Part shown: positions 38,794-48,554 of the stretch, piece after piece
Numbering within the stretch: the first letter of the stretch is position 1
Layout of the letters: the number at the start of each line of letters is the position of its first letter
Assembly: GCA_963836175.1 (NCBI GenBank)
Contig: CAWIIS010000008.1
Span: 1,025,862 to 1,089,861, forward strand
Origin: Nitrospirota bacterium
GTDB taxonomy: Bacteria; Nitrospirota; UBA9217
Length of the DNA stretch: 64,000 nucleotides
Reading direction: 5' to 3'
Notes under the pieces: model-generated
The model's input: only the letters and a program-made list of their open reading frames with translations
What the model was told of the DNA's origin: nothing
Database searches by the model: none
Program-made: the position numbers and the translations under genes

Positions 38794-39357
38794 CTATAAC
38801 CAGAATTCGGGATATTTTCTATTCCGGGAAAGGTTATTCACGAGGAGGGCGACGAACAGCAGAATGACCGCGCCTGCACCTGCGGGGACCAGCGCATAGA
38901 AAAAACCGAGGCTGTGGACCTTGGCGCCGCCGATGACCGCGATAAGCGCTGTCGCGCCTCCCGGCGGGTGAAGCGTCTTGGTGGCAAGCATGGCCACGAT
39001 GGCAAGGGACACAGCAAGTGCGGAAGCGATCCAGATCGTATTGCCGAATAACTGAAAGCAGGCCACGCCGATTACGGCGGAGAGGATATGCCCGCCCACA
39101 AGATTTCTCGGCTGGGCCAGGGGGCTTTTGATCGCGCCGTAGACAAGTACCGCCGAAGCGCCGAAAGAACCGATGATCAGGGACAGGTCTCTCGGTTCGA
39201 AATAGCGGGACGATAAATAACCGCAAAGACCGATGCCGAGCACCGACCCGAGCCACGACCAGGCCAGTTCGCCGAGCCCCACTCCCGGAGGGCTTTTGGT
39301 GCTGCCTTTCATCTTCAGCAGATATTCAGAAATTGTCATGGCCGGACCAGCTTTCAT
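38794..39357 (-). CDS. HPP family membrane protein
   Basis: Four to five TM helices with the THPPGGATAL motif. The start is chosen at the ATG at 39357, one nt after the CBS-gene stop. An ATG at 39339 is an alternative. Confidence 0.8.
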   Translation of the reverse strand: MKAGPAMTISEYLLKMKGSTKSPPGVGLGELAWSWLGSVLGIGLCGYLSSRYFEPRDLSLIIGSFGASAVLVYGAIKSPLAQPRNLVGGHILSAVIGVACFQLFGNTIWIASALAVSLAIVAMLATKTLHPPGGATALIAVIGGAKVHSLGFFYALVPAGAGAVILLFVALLVNNLSRNRKYPEFWL

Positions 39358-39358
39358 C

Positions 39359-39980
39359 CTAACGTTTCTGCATCGACAACGCCGTTCTTTCTTCCATGGT
39401 CTTTCCCATGGCCCGTACGATGTCGGCACGGGAGATGACGCCGATCAGCTTTCCGTCGTCATCCACGACCGGCAGCCGCTTGATCCGGTGAGAATCCAGG
39501 ACCCGCGCCGCATCCCGCACGTCAAACGATCTTTTGATGGTGATCGCGGGAGTGCTCATGACATGCCCCACCTGGTCGCCTTCCTTCCGCACCGGCGACG
39601 GCTCGCCCATGATGCGGCGGAGCAGGTCCTTGAGGCCCCGTGCTTTTTTTCCGCTCAGCACAGACATGATATCCAGTTCGCCGATCACGCCGATGACCTT
39701 GTCCTGATCATCCACAACCGGCATGCCGCTGATCCTGAGGCCCGTGAGGCGCCGTGCCGCTTCTTCCAGCGGCGTATCCTTCTTCACCGTGACCACGTCC
39801 TTGGTCATGAGATCGGCAACGGTCATACCTGACTGTGACCGGTTCCTCGCATGCCGCAGCGCCGAGGAATAGATTTTCATCAGGTCTTCTTCGGTAATGT
39901 CAACAAAACCCTTGAGGTCGGTGAGCCCCGCCCTGATATCCTCTTCGGAAATGCCGCACTGCTTCAGATCATCTGTCCAT
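39359..39980 (-). CDS. CBS-domain pair protein, frame break right after the start codon
   Basis: Two CBS repeats. An in-frame conserved-looking N-extension (DDLKQCGISEEDIRAGLTDLKGFVDITEEDL) lacks a start. An RBS GGAGGG plus ATG at 39980 is 1 nt out of frame. Confidence 0.75.
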
Positions 39981-40122
39981 CTGATTACCCTCCCTGCATC
40001 CGCATCGCTGTGATATATGCATATCCACCAGCTGTCGGAAAGTTATAAAATTGTCTGCTCTGCAGGCAATGATAAATGTAATATCAGATCAGGTCTCGCA
40101 TAGATCCTGCATCGCGATCCGG

Positions 40123-41020
40123 TCACCGGGGCCTGTCCTCGGCCCTGGTCACGATCCAGTAGACGAAACCGATGACCAGGATGGCGGCGATGAGGTAATA
40201 GATCGATTCCGGATTTTCATGCTTCAGCGTCGCGATCATGGTCTCCCGGATCATGGTCACCAGCGCCACGCCCACGAACACGCTGATATGGAACTTCCCG
40301 CCCTTGAGGTGGGAGATCTCGGTGTTCATCAGCTCGATCATGAGCCACAGCAGCAGCATGGAGCCCAGTGCCGAAATAATGCCGCCTTCCACATCGCCGG
40401 ACAGGAGATGCATCACATCCTGGACAAAGAGCCAGACAACGCCGAGCGTAAGACCGATGAGCGCGAGCACCAGCACCAGGTTGGTGGTCTGCGAGAACCG
40501 TTCGGAGAAATTGATCAGCGCGCTCTTTACCTTATAGACCGGCGAATAGGCCCTGATCTCCTCCTCGATATAGGAGGTGGTTATGACATCAAGGCTGATG
40601 TCCAAGTATCTTGCCGAGCGAAACGATCTTGTTCGTCGCTTCGGCCCGGTCCTCTTCCCGGTTCTGCAGAAGACCCGTACAGGCGTTCCTGACGAGGTTG
40701 ACAGCCCGATTCATGTAATGGGCATCAACAGCATGCCGCACGTGGGTGGCCCCGATGTGGATGAGCTTTTCATAGTAGCGGTTGTCGTAGGTGCCGGAAA
40801 AGAGCTCCAGGAACCATACTCGCTGGGCATCAAAAACATGTTTTTTTCTGGTCTCGTCGGTGAAGAATTGCGCCGCCCCTTTGGTTCCCATGATCCAGAG
40901 ATTGAGCGTGCTCATGACCTCCTCGGCATGCTCTTCCATGAACGGACGCAGCTCTGCAAGACGCCGCTCGTCATCCGCCGTGAACCGGTAATCGTGTTTG
41001 ATCTCCTTAAATGATCTCAC
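40123..41020 (-). CDS. Protoglobin (globin-coupled sensor) domain fused to a PsiE-like 4-TM domain, one frame break near 40602-40603
   Basis: The N-terminal 140 aa are protoglobin-like (HIGATHVRHAVDAHYMNRAV). Deleting one base joins ...SLGKIL to DISLDVITTSYIEEE (the globin-sensor C-terminal helix), followed by the PsiE-like TM region. Confidence 0.7.
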
Positions 41021-41139
41021 CGGCCCTACCTCTGTTTATAATTGTAACACAGGAGAAACAACAAGATAAAGAAGAAAGTGCGGACCGTTATTCCGATGCA
41101 CCGATTCGCCGGCGATTGCCTCGCTGACGCAGTTCCGCG

Positions 41140-41898
41140 TCAGGGACGGTCCAAAAGCGCGGAAAAGGAAGGGGATATCTTTTTGAGCATCCGGTCCGCG
41201 GCCAGCGGCACCATGAGTGCGAATGCATCCAGGTTCACGAGGGCATTTACGTTCACGTCATTCCTGGCCGCGCCGAGCAGCCGGTCGGCAAAATCGCGGT
41301 TCACCGCTGCAACCTGCTCGTAGATCCGCGTTAATCCTTTCAGGGACCAGTCAGCGCTCTTGCCCTCTTCCTTCCGGAGGTACTGTGCCACCAGATGCAT
41401 GGAGACCATGCGGAAGATTGTTTCATCCAGGCTCGCGAAGGGCAGATGGAACCGCACCATGGGTCTGAGTTGGTCCATAATCGGGCATCCGCTCGTTGCC
41501 ATAATGATACCCAGGAGCGGGCTGAGCCCCATCTGAACCGTCGTGTCCTTCTGATAGGTGCGTTCTTCAACGAGGACCACTACGCTTACCCGATCGTGAG
41601 AGGTAAAGGTCGTGAACTTTTCAGAGATGCCGGAGAAGTTTGCTGCAACGGGACAATACTGATGTTTACGCTCATCGAGCGGACAGATCGCGCACCGGTG
41701 ATAACCAAGGAGGGCCCAATCCGGCAGACCGGGGCGTTCTTCTGGTATCAATGCCAGCGTCCTCTCATCCAGGAGCAGATCAATTTTCATGACCGGTCCA
41801 TCGGAAAATTTATACGCGAAGACTATTTTAAAATACTGAGCCACCCGCACCTCCTCGAAGGTTGACGTCATCATAAAGCGGACCGCGTTACTTGTCAA
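41140..41898 (-). CDS. Conserved hypothetical protein with CxxCP and additional Cys motifs
   Basis: 252-aa intact ORF with HRCAICP...YCP...SGCP. No confident family assignment. Confidence 0.55.
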   Translation of the reverse strand: MTSNAVRFMMTSTFEEVRVAQYFKIVFAYKFSDGPVMKIDLLLDERTLALIPEERPGLPDWALLGYHRCAICPLDERKHQYCPVAANFSGISEKFTTFTSHDRVSVVVLVEERTYQKDTTVQMGLSPLLGIIMATSGCPIMDQLRPMVRFHLPFASLDETIFRMVSMHLVAQYLRKEEGKSADWSLKGLTRIYEQVAAVNRDFADRLLGAARNDVNVNALVNLDAFALMVPLAADRMLKKISPSFSALLDRP

Positions 41899-42068
41899 GG
41901 ACAGGATTTTTTCACCTGTCGGGGGCTGCGCTGCTCACCGTGATATAATAAAATAAAGTGGATATTCTGTCCCGTTGGAAGGAGGGGCAGAAGGTCAGGT
42001 GCTGCCCAATGGCGATAAACAAAACTGGTATTCATGCAGTAACCATTGGCATAAAGAGAGGAAAAACC

Positions 42069-42227
42069 ATGATAAAGCACATTCGTTTGATCTCTTTCGC
42101 GTTACTCCTGACCGTACTAAGCAGCTGTTTCCCCGTTTTTGTTCCCGTAGGCGACGGTCACCATGATGGAAGCGGCGGCGGTGGTCGCGAGCATCGGGAT
42201 CGGGAGCATGATCGGGGCCGGCGCTGA
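42069..42227 (+). CDS. Small His/Gly/Arg-rich lipoprotein
   Basis: MIKHIRLISFALLLTVLSSC lipobox, then GDGHHDGSGGGGREHRDREHDRGRR. Confidence 0.5.
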   Translation: MIKHIRLISFALLLTVLSSCFPVFVPVGDGHHDGSGGGGREHRDREHDRGRR

Positions 42228-42246
42228 GTTCCAGTCATAAGCCAGT

Positions 42247-42642
42247 TCAATCCATGTCGCTGCAATGAGTGTCGTCAGAAATGATGACGCTGTCGGAATA
42301 CTGGGCTATCCGGTCCTCGGGAATTCCCATCCGTTTCAGCATGCTGATAAAAAGACCGCGCTGGAACACAGCGACGATGGCGGTAGAAGCGCGGAGTGCG
42401 GTTTCCACGGCATAGCAGTACTGCTTATCACCGGTACAGCCGGCAATGAACTTGCCGTGCACCGATCGTTTGCTCGTGATGGTCTCGGTATCGGTACCAC
42501 GGACGTTGAGCCGTTGTGCCTGCTCTATTTGGATGGTTTCCTGCAGCAGCATAAGATTGAAGATCACATCGTTCAGTTCGGCAGGCCTGTCCAGATACTT
42601 TTCCAGACCGTGTCTCTTTGCCAGATCGGCAGCAGAGTCCAT
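42247..42642 (-). CDS. Hypothetical protein
   Basis: 131-aa intact ORF with no recognisable motif. Confidence 0.45.
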   Translation of the reverse strand: MDSAADLAKRHGLEKYLDRPAELNDVIFNLMLLQETIQIEQAQRLNVRGTDTETITSKRSVHGKFIAGCTGDKQYCYAVETALRASTAIVAVFQRGLFISMLKRMGIPEDRIAQYSDSVIISDDTHCSDMD

Positions 42643-42818
42643 AAGAACTCCCTCCTGTTAAAGTATTCGCATGACAGTCAGGACAGGCCAGGCAGTATGC
42701 TGATTGCATTGTATCAGAAACCGGACATCATTGTCCAGCAACGGGGCTGGTTCAGGGAGGAAGGAAGAGCAGATAAGGAGAAACTGATCGCGAGATGCCG
42801 GGCGCTTAACATCAAATT

Positions 42819-43181
42819 TCAGGCGAGGATATCCCCGCCATCGATCATCATGGCGAGCCGGTAAGGTACAAAGGGCTTCCGAAGAAAATCATTTGCGCCG
42901 GCGCTCAGAAAGTCCATGCCAAGATCTTCTCCGCTCATCCCGATGATAACGATCCGGGATGAATGTTTACGAAGCTTCTTCGTAAGCTCTATGCCGTTCA
43001 TCTGCGGCATCTGAAAGTCTGTGATGACATAATCGAATTCGTCATGCATCACTTTTTTAAAGGCTTCGGTACCGCTCTCACAAAAAGTCACCTCGAAGCC
43101 GTAAGAATCCAGCCCATACCGAAGCATGTTTCTGAGCTCTGCGTTGTCATCCACAACCAGTACTTTCTGCTCATTGCACAT
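42819..43181 (-). CDS. Single-domain response regulator (CheY-like receiver)
   Basis: VLVVDD...ITDFQMPQMNG...GANDFLRKP receiver signature. The start is set at the ATG at 43181. Confidence 0.88.
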   Translation of the reverse strand: MCNEQKVLVVDDNAELRNMLRYGLDSYGFEVTFCESGTEAFKKVMHDEFDYVITDFQMPQMNGIELTKKLRKHSSRIVIIGMSGEDLGMDFLSAGANDFLRKPFVPYRLAMMIDGGDILA

Positions 43182-43527
43182 AATGCCCCCGTTCACCCAA
43201 GTGGTCGAGTTTCGCCATCCGCGCAATTTCTATTTTTTTTTGACTTAACTACTTTTTGTAGTTAATAGAATACAGCATATTTTTGATGTTTTCAAGAACT
43301 TTTATGGGGTAATTTAAGGGTAATGGTTTTTAAAACACGAGTTTTATAAAATGCTGGTAAAGTGGCATTGTCGTGGACGATATTGAATAATCATTTGAAG
43401 AGAATCACTTGAGCCAGTGAAAAATATGGAAAAGTGAAGGTAAGAAATTCTCGCTAACGGCTGCGTACGGCTTTAATTTGCAGCTGACTTCCAGGTTTGA
43501 ATGCCGCTTGTTCCGAAGCAGCCTCCC

Positions 43528-44382
43528 CTACCAGTCACCGCAATATTCAAAGGTCTGGTTGGTCGTTATCCGCTGGATGTTCCCTCCGGCATCGGTCATT
43601 TTATACAGGTTGAATATGGACTCGGCTTTTTCCCAGTCGCAGTTGCTCGAAAACGCGATCTCCTTGCCGGACCAGACCGGAGATGAATCAGCGCCTGATC
43701 GAGGAGCATCGAACAACACGACCTCCTGCGTTTCGACATTGATCTTACGGAGGTGCGGCGTATCCAGATCACATCGATAAACGATCCAGGTACCGTCAGG
43801 AGACCAGGATGGATTGCTGTGGGCCGTTTCATCGGAGGTAAGCTGCACACGATTGTTGCCTTGCGTATCCATGGTAAAGATATGCGACGTATTCTTGTCG
43901 CGCATGAATTGCATGAACACGATCAGATCTCCCCGCGGGGACCAGAGCGGGTTCATGTTCTCCTCCGGCCCCTCCGTCAGCTTCGTCAGGCCACTGCCGT
44001 CCAGATTGACCAGGTGTATCTGCTGAAGCCCCTTGTTGTCCCTGCAGGAAAAGACCAGGCGGCTGTCATCAGGCGACCAGTCGACACTGGAGATATCTAG
44101 ATTTCCGGAAGTGATCTGCGCCGTTTTTCGCGTGGCGAGGTCCATGAAAAATATATTATACCGTTTGTGTTCATTGTTCCTCGTGCTGACGAATGCGATC
44201 ATCGTCCTGTCCTTGTTGTACCGGGGCGCGGCATTGTCCGCATATACCCCGTTGGGTCCCGGATTGGTGGTGAGCCGGACCTCATGCTTCCCGTCGGGAT
44301 CGATGGAGTAGATATCGTTGAACATCTCCCCGCCGTCGCTCTGGAACCGTGTAAATACGATGCGCTGTTGTACCATGATCAC
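43528..44382 (-). CDS. TolB-like beta-propeller (PD40/WD40-like repeats), no signal peptide
   Basis: Repeated S(W)SPDG motifs (WSPDDSRLVF, WSPRGDLIVF, SWSPDGTWIVY). Confidence 0.8.
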   Translation of the reverse strand: MIMVQQRIVFTRFQSDGGEMFNDIYSIDPDGKHEVRLTTNPGPNGVYADNAAPRYNKDRTMIAFVSTRNNEHKRYNIFFMDLATRKTAQITSGNLDISSVDWSPDDSRLVFSCRDNKGLQQIHLVNLDGSGLTKLTEGPEENMNPLWSPRGDLIVFMQFMRDKNTSHIFTMDTQGNNRVQLTSDETAHSNPSWSPDGTWIVYRCDLDTPHLRKINVETQEVVLFDAPRSGADSSPVWSGKEIAFSSNCDWEKAESIFNLYKMTDAGGNIQRITTNQTFEYCGDW

Positions 44383-44750
44383 ACTCCTTGTATTGCCCCG
44401 AGGAAATATTCATAAACAGTGGGAACGATTCAGTGTTGAGGCCGAAGACTATAACCTTAGTTTTCCAATTCACGTGTCCTGATTTTTTATGATGCCCGTG
44501 GTTCTCTTCTTCACCGACTTCAGCCTTCAGTCTGTCAACCCAATAGATATTGTTCACAGGCAGGCGCCGCATCCTATCAGAGGTTCCTCGCAAAGTCAAA
44601 GTCAAACCGCATAACAGGACAGGATGCTGGAGGGATTTTTTTTGCTGGGAGTGACGACACTTGAGGCAGCCGGCAGGGATGGGAGTATTCGATTTTTCAG
44701 TTCTTGAGAACCTTTCGTTTGCAGAGATCAGGAAATACCTTCTCTGCGCA

Positions 44751-45512
44751 TCATGTCCACCCGGGATCGATGCCTTTTACGACCTGCGCGTTAACATATT
44801 TCCGGATGACGTCCTGGTCCTCGGGTGTTATTTCGACAAAATACAACCCCATACCTGGACTGCCATGAGGCCCCTGGCCGAAAGTATGGCTGTACACCAC
44901 CCTTGCCTCGGCAGACACGGTCTTGCTGGGCAGCGTGATTTTGATCAGTACATTCATCTTCACGGGATAAGGGTTTTGCGTCCTGATATACATGCCATGG
45001 GCGGACAACATGGACGCACACTCGCCTTCGCCAAGGTCGAGTGGCCGCTTGTTAACAAATACCGGCAGCAGCGTGCTGATCCTGATGTGGGACCTCGGTT
45101 TTGGTTCGATGGCTGCCTGCACCTTGCGATAAAGCTCCTCGATCTGGACCGGCCGCTGAACGCAGGCTTCGGCGCCGGCCTGGCGGCACATCTGGTCCAG
45201 CTCCGGCGTCAGCTGACCGGTTTTCACAATGACCGGGACCCCGGCTGCGGCCGGTTCCTGTTTCAAGTACTGGATCAGTTCGAACCCATTCATTCCCGAC
45301 AGCGACATGTCGGTGATCACCAGATAGGGCACCGCCACTTTCACCATTTCAAGCGCCTCCTCAGCAGTAGCGGCCGTGCAAACATGGTAGTCGAACCGCT
45401 GAAGGACCCTGGACAGGGAAACGAGGTCATGGGGATTGCTGTCAACCACAAGCACGTAGCTCGTGCTGCGGCTTGCTGCGCCGGAATCGCTCCCGTCTAT
45501 ATGATCCGCCAT
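44751..45512 (-). CDS. Response regulator receiver + PilZ domain protein
   Basis: The N-terminal REC has VLVVDS...ITDMSLSGMNG. The C-terminal ~100 aa has PilZ-like RxxxR...D/NxSxxG features (PRSHIRIS...SMLSAHGMYI). Confidence 0.75.
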   Translation of the reverse strand: MADHIDGSDSGAASRSTSYVLVVDSNPHDLVSLSRVLQRFDYHVCTAATAEEALEMVKVAVPYLVITDMSLSGMNGFELIQYLKQEPAAAGVPVIVKTGQLTPELDQMCRQAGAEACVQRPVQIEELYRKVQAAIEPKPRSHIRISTLLPVFVNKRPLDLGEGECASMLSAHGMYIRTQNPYPVKMNVLIKITLPSKTVSAEARVVYSHTFGQGPHGSPGMGLYFVEITPEDQDVIRKYVNAQVVKGIDPGWT

Positions 45513-45544
45513 ATCTGCGCTCCTTACGAGAACCGCTTCAATTT

Positions 45545-46384
45545 TTACAGGTTAATGACCATCCCTGCCTGGGCAGCAAAGCAGGAGATAGTTTTGTTGC
45601 TGTCTTTGACCCGATTGCCGCAATCCTCCACCATCCGGTCCAGTTCGTCATCCGTCCGTTCCTGGTTGTGATGGAACAAACCGAACTGTCCGACCTGTGC
45701 GTCCATGGCAAGGCGAAGCGCATCGGTGTACACAGAATGCCCCCACCCTTTCGTCATGGCATACTGCTTTTCAGTATATTCAGAATCATGGATCAACAGG
45801 TCGGCGCCGGCAGAAAAACTGACATACTCCTCGTAGTCTTCCCCCCCGGCATGACGGTGCGTCAGTTCATTATCTGTGAGAAAAACAAAACTCTTGCCGT
45901 CCTCGGTAAACCGGTATCCCATGCCCTGGTTCGGGTGGTTCAATTGGATAGGAGTGACACGGATGGAGCCGATATCAAAGGCCTGTTCGCACACACCCTG
46001 TGAAGTTATCTCGGCCTGCAACTGTCCGAACTCCACGGGGAAGTAGGGTGCGGTCATGGACCGGGAAAGGACCTCCTTGACGGAATCCTGCGCATAGGGA
46101 CATCCATACATGGCGATCCTGGTCCCCTTCATATAGATGGGTTTAAAAAAAGGAAAGCCCATGAGGTGGTCCCAATGGGCATGGGTAAAAAGAAGGTGCA
46201 TCGTTCGCTTATTCGAAGCAAGAAGCGTGTTCCCGAGCTTTCTCATGCCCGTGCCAGCATCGATGATAATGACCTCGTCGTCCTTGGTCCGGATCTCGAT
46301 GCAGGTGGTGTCGCCGCCATGGTTCAGATACTCTTTCCCGGAAATGGGTATCGAACCCCTTGCTCCCCAGCACGTAATTTGCAT
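45545..46384 (-). CDS. MBL-fold metallo-hydrolase
   Basis: HAHWDH motif. The ATG at 46384 has a GGAGGT RBS. Confidence 0.85.
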   Translation of the reverse strand: MQITCWGARGSIPISGKEYLNHGGDTTCIEIRTKDDEVIIIDAGTGMRKLGNTLLASNKRTMHLLFTHAHWDHLMGFPFFKPIYMKGTRIAMYGCPYAQDSVKEVLSRSMTAPYFPVEFGQLQAEITSQGVCEQAFDIGSIRVTPIQLNHPNQGMGYRFTEDGKSFVFLTDNELTHRHAGGEDYEEYVSFSAGADLLIHDSEYTEKQYAMTKGWGHSVYTDALRLAMDAQVGQFGLFHHNQERTDDELDRMVEDCGNRVKDSNKTISCFAAQAGMVINL

Positions 46385-46592
46385 ACCTACCTCCAAACGT
46401 TAGAGTCAGAAGATCCTGTCCATATCATGGTACAGCGGATACTTAACCTGATTTTCGGCAAAGGATATAATAAGTAAAGTCCAATTGCAAGGTTTTTGGA
46501 GCTGCATAGCAGGGTATTTTAAGGGTAGTCCGCGCAATGAGGAAGCCCTTCGGAGACCTAAAAGAGCTTCAAACAGATTGAAATAATAATCC

Positions 46593-46621
46593 TTGACTTC
46601 CCGCTCCTGAAATGGCATTAT
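46593..46621 (+). promoter_or_regulatory. sigma70 promoter of cspA
   Basis: TTGACT (46593-46598), a 17-nt spacer, then CATTAT (46616-46621). Confidence 0.65.
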
Positions 46622-46654
46622 GTCCTTCAGAAGTTCCGGATGTACTTGTAGGGT

Positions 46655-46688
46655 AACCGCAAAGACATTGGCTTTGCGGCTTTTTTTT
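46655..46688 (+). promoter_or_regulatory. Terminator-like hairpin inside the cspA 5' leader (possible attenuator)
   Basis: Stem CCGCAAAG/CTTTGCGG followed by eight T, located 45 nt upstream of the cspA ATG. Confidence 0.55.
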
Positions 46689-46733
46689 GGCCTTTTCCGT
46701 CAGCTTCAATTTACAAGAAGGAGGTAGCTCATC

Positions 46734-46934
46734 ATGGAAAATGGTACAGTAAAGTGGTTCAACGATTCCAAGGGTTTTGGTTTCATTACACGTGAAAATG
46801 GCGGCGATGTATTCGTACATTTTGGCGACATTCAGGACAGCGGATTCAAATCCCTGGCCGAAGGTCAGAACGTCACGTTCGACGTTGTCGACTCGCCCAA
46901 AGGCCCCAAGGCAGCCAACGTTGTAAAGGTCTAA
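46734..46934 (+). CDS. cspA: Cold-shock protein (CspA family)
   Basis: 66 aa with the RNP1 KGFGFI and RNP2 VFVHF motifs. Confidence 0.95.
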   Translation: MENGTVKWFNDSKGFGFITRENGGDVFVHFGDIQDSGFKSLAEGQNVTFDVVDSPKGPKAANVVKV

Positions 46935-46948
46935 ACCTGGTCCATCCA

Positions 46949-46982
46949 AGCAGGTCCTGTTCATACAGGGCCTGCTTTTTTG
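46949..46982 (+). terminator. Intrinsic terminator after cspA
   Basis: An 11-bp stem AGCAGGTCCTG/CAGGGCCTGCT with a 6-nt loop and a T6 run. Confidence 0.85.
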
Positions 46983-47053
46983 TTTCTCCTTCCTGCCGTA
47001 ACCTCCCGTACACCCTTTTCCGCATACGGAGCAAAGCCAGGACCAGCGAGCGC

Positions 47054-48013
47054 TTATTTTTTCCATTCATTGCGCCGCATCCGGGCCTCATCTGCCTCGA
47101 CCTCGTCCAGGACCTCCAGGTAGGCAGTGTACCGTTCCCGGGCGATCTCGTTCTTGTTCACCAGGTCCAGAACAGCGCAGCCAGGCTCAGTTCGATGCCG
47201 GCAGTCCCGGAAACGGCAGGTGCCGTAGCCTGCCTTTTCGAACCCCGGGAAATGCATGGCAAGGTCCTGCGCTGAGATATCCACCAGCCCGAAATCCTGA
47301 AAACCGGGTGTATCGATCAGCTCTCCGCCCGTTGACAAGGTATGAAGCGTTGAAACGGTGGTTGTATGGCGGCCTCTTCCGCTTTCTTCATTGACCTGCC
47401 CTACCTTGAGATCAATGTCAGGACAGAGCGCGTTCAGCAGCGAGCTCTTGCCCACGCCGGTCGTGCCCACAAACGCCCCCCGGTGTCCCTTGCCCAGAAA
47501 ATCCCTCAGCGGACCGAGGCCCGTCATGGCGGAGGCGCTGAGCGGGAAAACCGGGATGGTGGCGTCATAGGCTTTTTGCAGCGCAAGGACAAATCCCGCT
47601 GAATCCTCAAGATCGCATTTATTGATGACCAGAAACGGCTGGAGATCTTCCACTCGTGCCGCAACAATGGCCCGGTCGATGAACCCGGGAGGAGGTTTGG
47701 GCAGGTGGGCAACGACCACCCCGAGAACGTCAAGATTAGCGCCGACCAGATGGATGCCGCCTCGTGCGTCCCTGCGGCGCAGCTCTGTTCTCCTGTCCAG
47801 TCGGCGCAGGACCTCGCCAATGACCTCCACGCGGTCGCCGACCACATGACCGGAGCGCCGTTTGACGCGCACCATGCTGCGCGTACCGTCAAGCGACAGG
47901 ACCTCAACAGCCACGCCATGGTGGGCAATGATCATGCCTTCCTTTGCCGCGTCTGAACTGGGGGGATCGGGAAAGATTCCGTGATTAACAGCTCGAGGGG
48001 GACTTTTTTTCAT
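47054..48013 (-). CDS. rsgA: Ribosome small-subunit-dependent GTPase A
   Basis: Circularly permuted GTPase motifs NKCDL ... GTTGVGKSSLLNAL, with a C-terminal zinc finger CRFRDCRHRTEPGC. Confidence 0.92.
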   Translation of the reverse strand: MKKSPPRAVNHGIFPDPPSSDAAKEGMIIAHHGVAVEVLSLDGTRSMVRVKRRSGHVVGDRVEVIGEVLRRLDRRTELRRRDARGGIHLVGANLDVLGVVVAHLPKPPPGFIDRAIVAARVEDLQPFLVINKCDLEDSAGFVLALQKAYDATIPVFPLSASAMTGLGPLRDFLGKGHRGAFVGTTGVGKSSLLNALCPDIDLKVGQVNEESGRGRHTTTVSTLHTLSTGGELIDTPGFQDFGLVDISAQDLAMHFPGFEKAGYGTCRFRDCRHRTEPGCAVLDLVNKNEIARERYTAYLEVLDEVEADEARMRRNEWKK

Positions 48014-48115
48014 AAAAGAGTTCTCAACAGGTGGTCACGCCTGCGCTCTCGTCATTCGCATGTCGTTGTGAAGCCACGCGGCGGCATGTACCAAGGGTCA
48101 ACGATCGCTCTGCAG

Positions 48116-48520
48116 TCACAATCCGGCCTTCGCTTCTCCACTCCCGCTCAGCGGCAGTACCTTGGTGACCGTGAACATGACCAGGTAGGTGGGCCCCCTT
48201 TTTTGTTCCTCTTCAGGGGACAAACGCCGCATGCGGAACGGATCGATGGCCGCGGGATCGGTCTCTTCCCTCAGCTTTTTTAAATGAAGCCGCAGCCCCT
48301 GGTGCCCCGGGGCGTTCTCAAGAAAAAGATAGGCGGCAAAGGGGTTCGACTGCAGGTTGTGGTGCGTCAGGCGCTGCCGCATGACGAAAGCCACGGTCCT
48401 GTCGTCGAGCACATGCGGTTTGGAATAGACCGCTGCATTGACCGCGCCCGCGCTGTCAGCCGTTGACAGGATGCCGGTGCCGCTGACATTCTGGAAATAT
48501 TCATTAAGGGTCATGGCCAT
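48116..48520 (-). CDS. Pyridoxamine 5'-phosphate oxidase-like (FMN-binding split barrel) protein
   Basis: 134 aa with a PNPOx-like fold signature (GILSTADSAG...AVYSKPHV...FVMRQ). Confidence 0.65.
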   Translation of the reverse strand: MAMTLNEYFQNVSGTGILSTADSAGAVNAAVYSKPHVLDDRTVAFVMRQRLTHHNLQSNPFAAYLFLENAPGHQGLRLHLKKLREETDPAAIDPFRMRRLSPEEEQKRGPTYLVMFTVTKVLPLSGSGEAKAGL

Positions 48521-48554
48521 AGGATAGTACCTCGAACAGAGCTGAGTTCATGGA

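Noticed and set aside
44282-44605. A 107-aa ORF upstream of and overlapping the TolB-like gene, as a possible missing N-terminal or signal segment.
   Set aside because: It has no signal peptide or recognisable motif, and it overlaps the propeller start in another frame. The evidence is insufficient either way.
46569-47066. A 165-aa minus-strand ORF covering cspA and its terminator.
   Set aside because: It is antisense to a canonical cold-shock gene and spans an intrinsic terminator. It is spurious.
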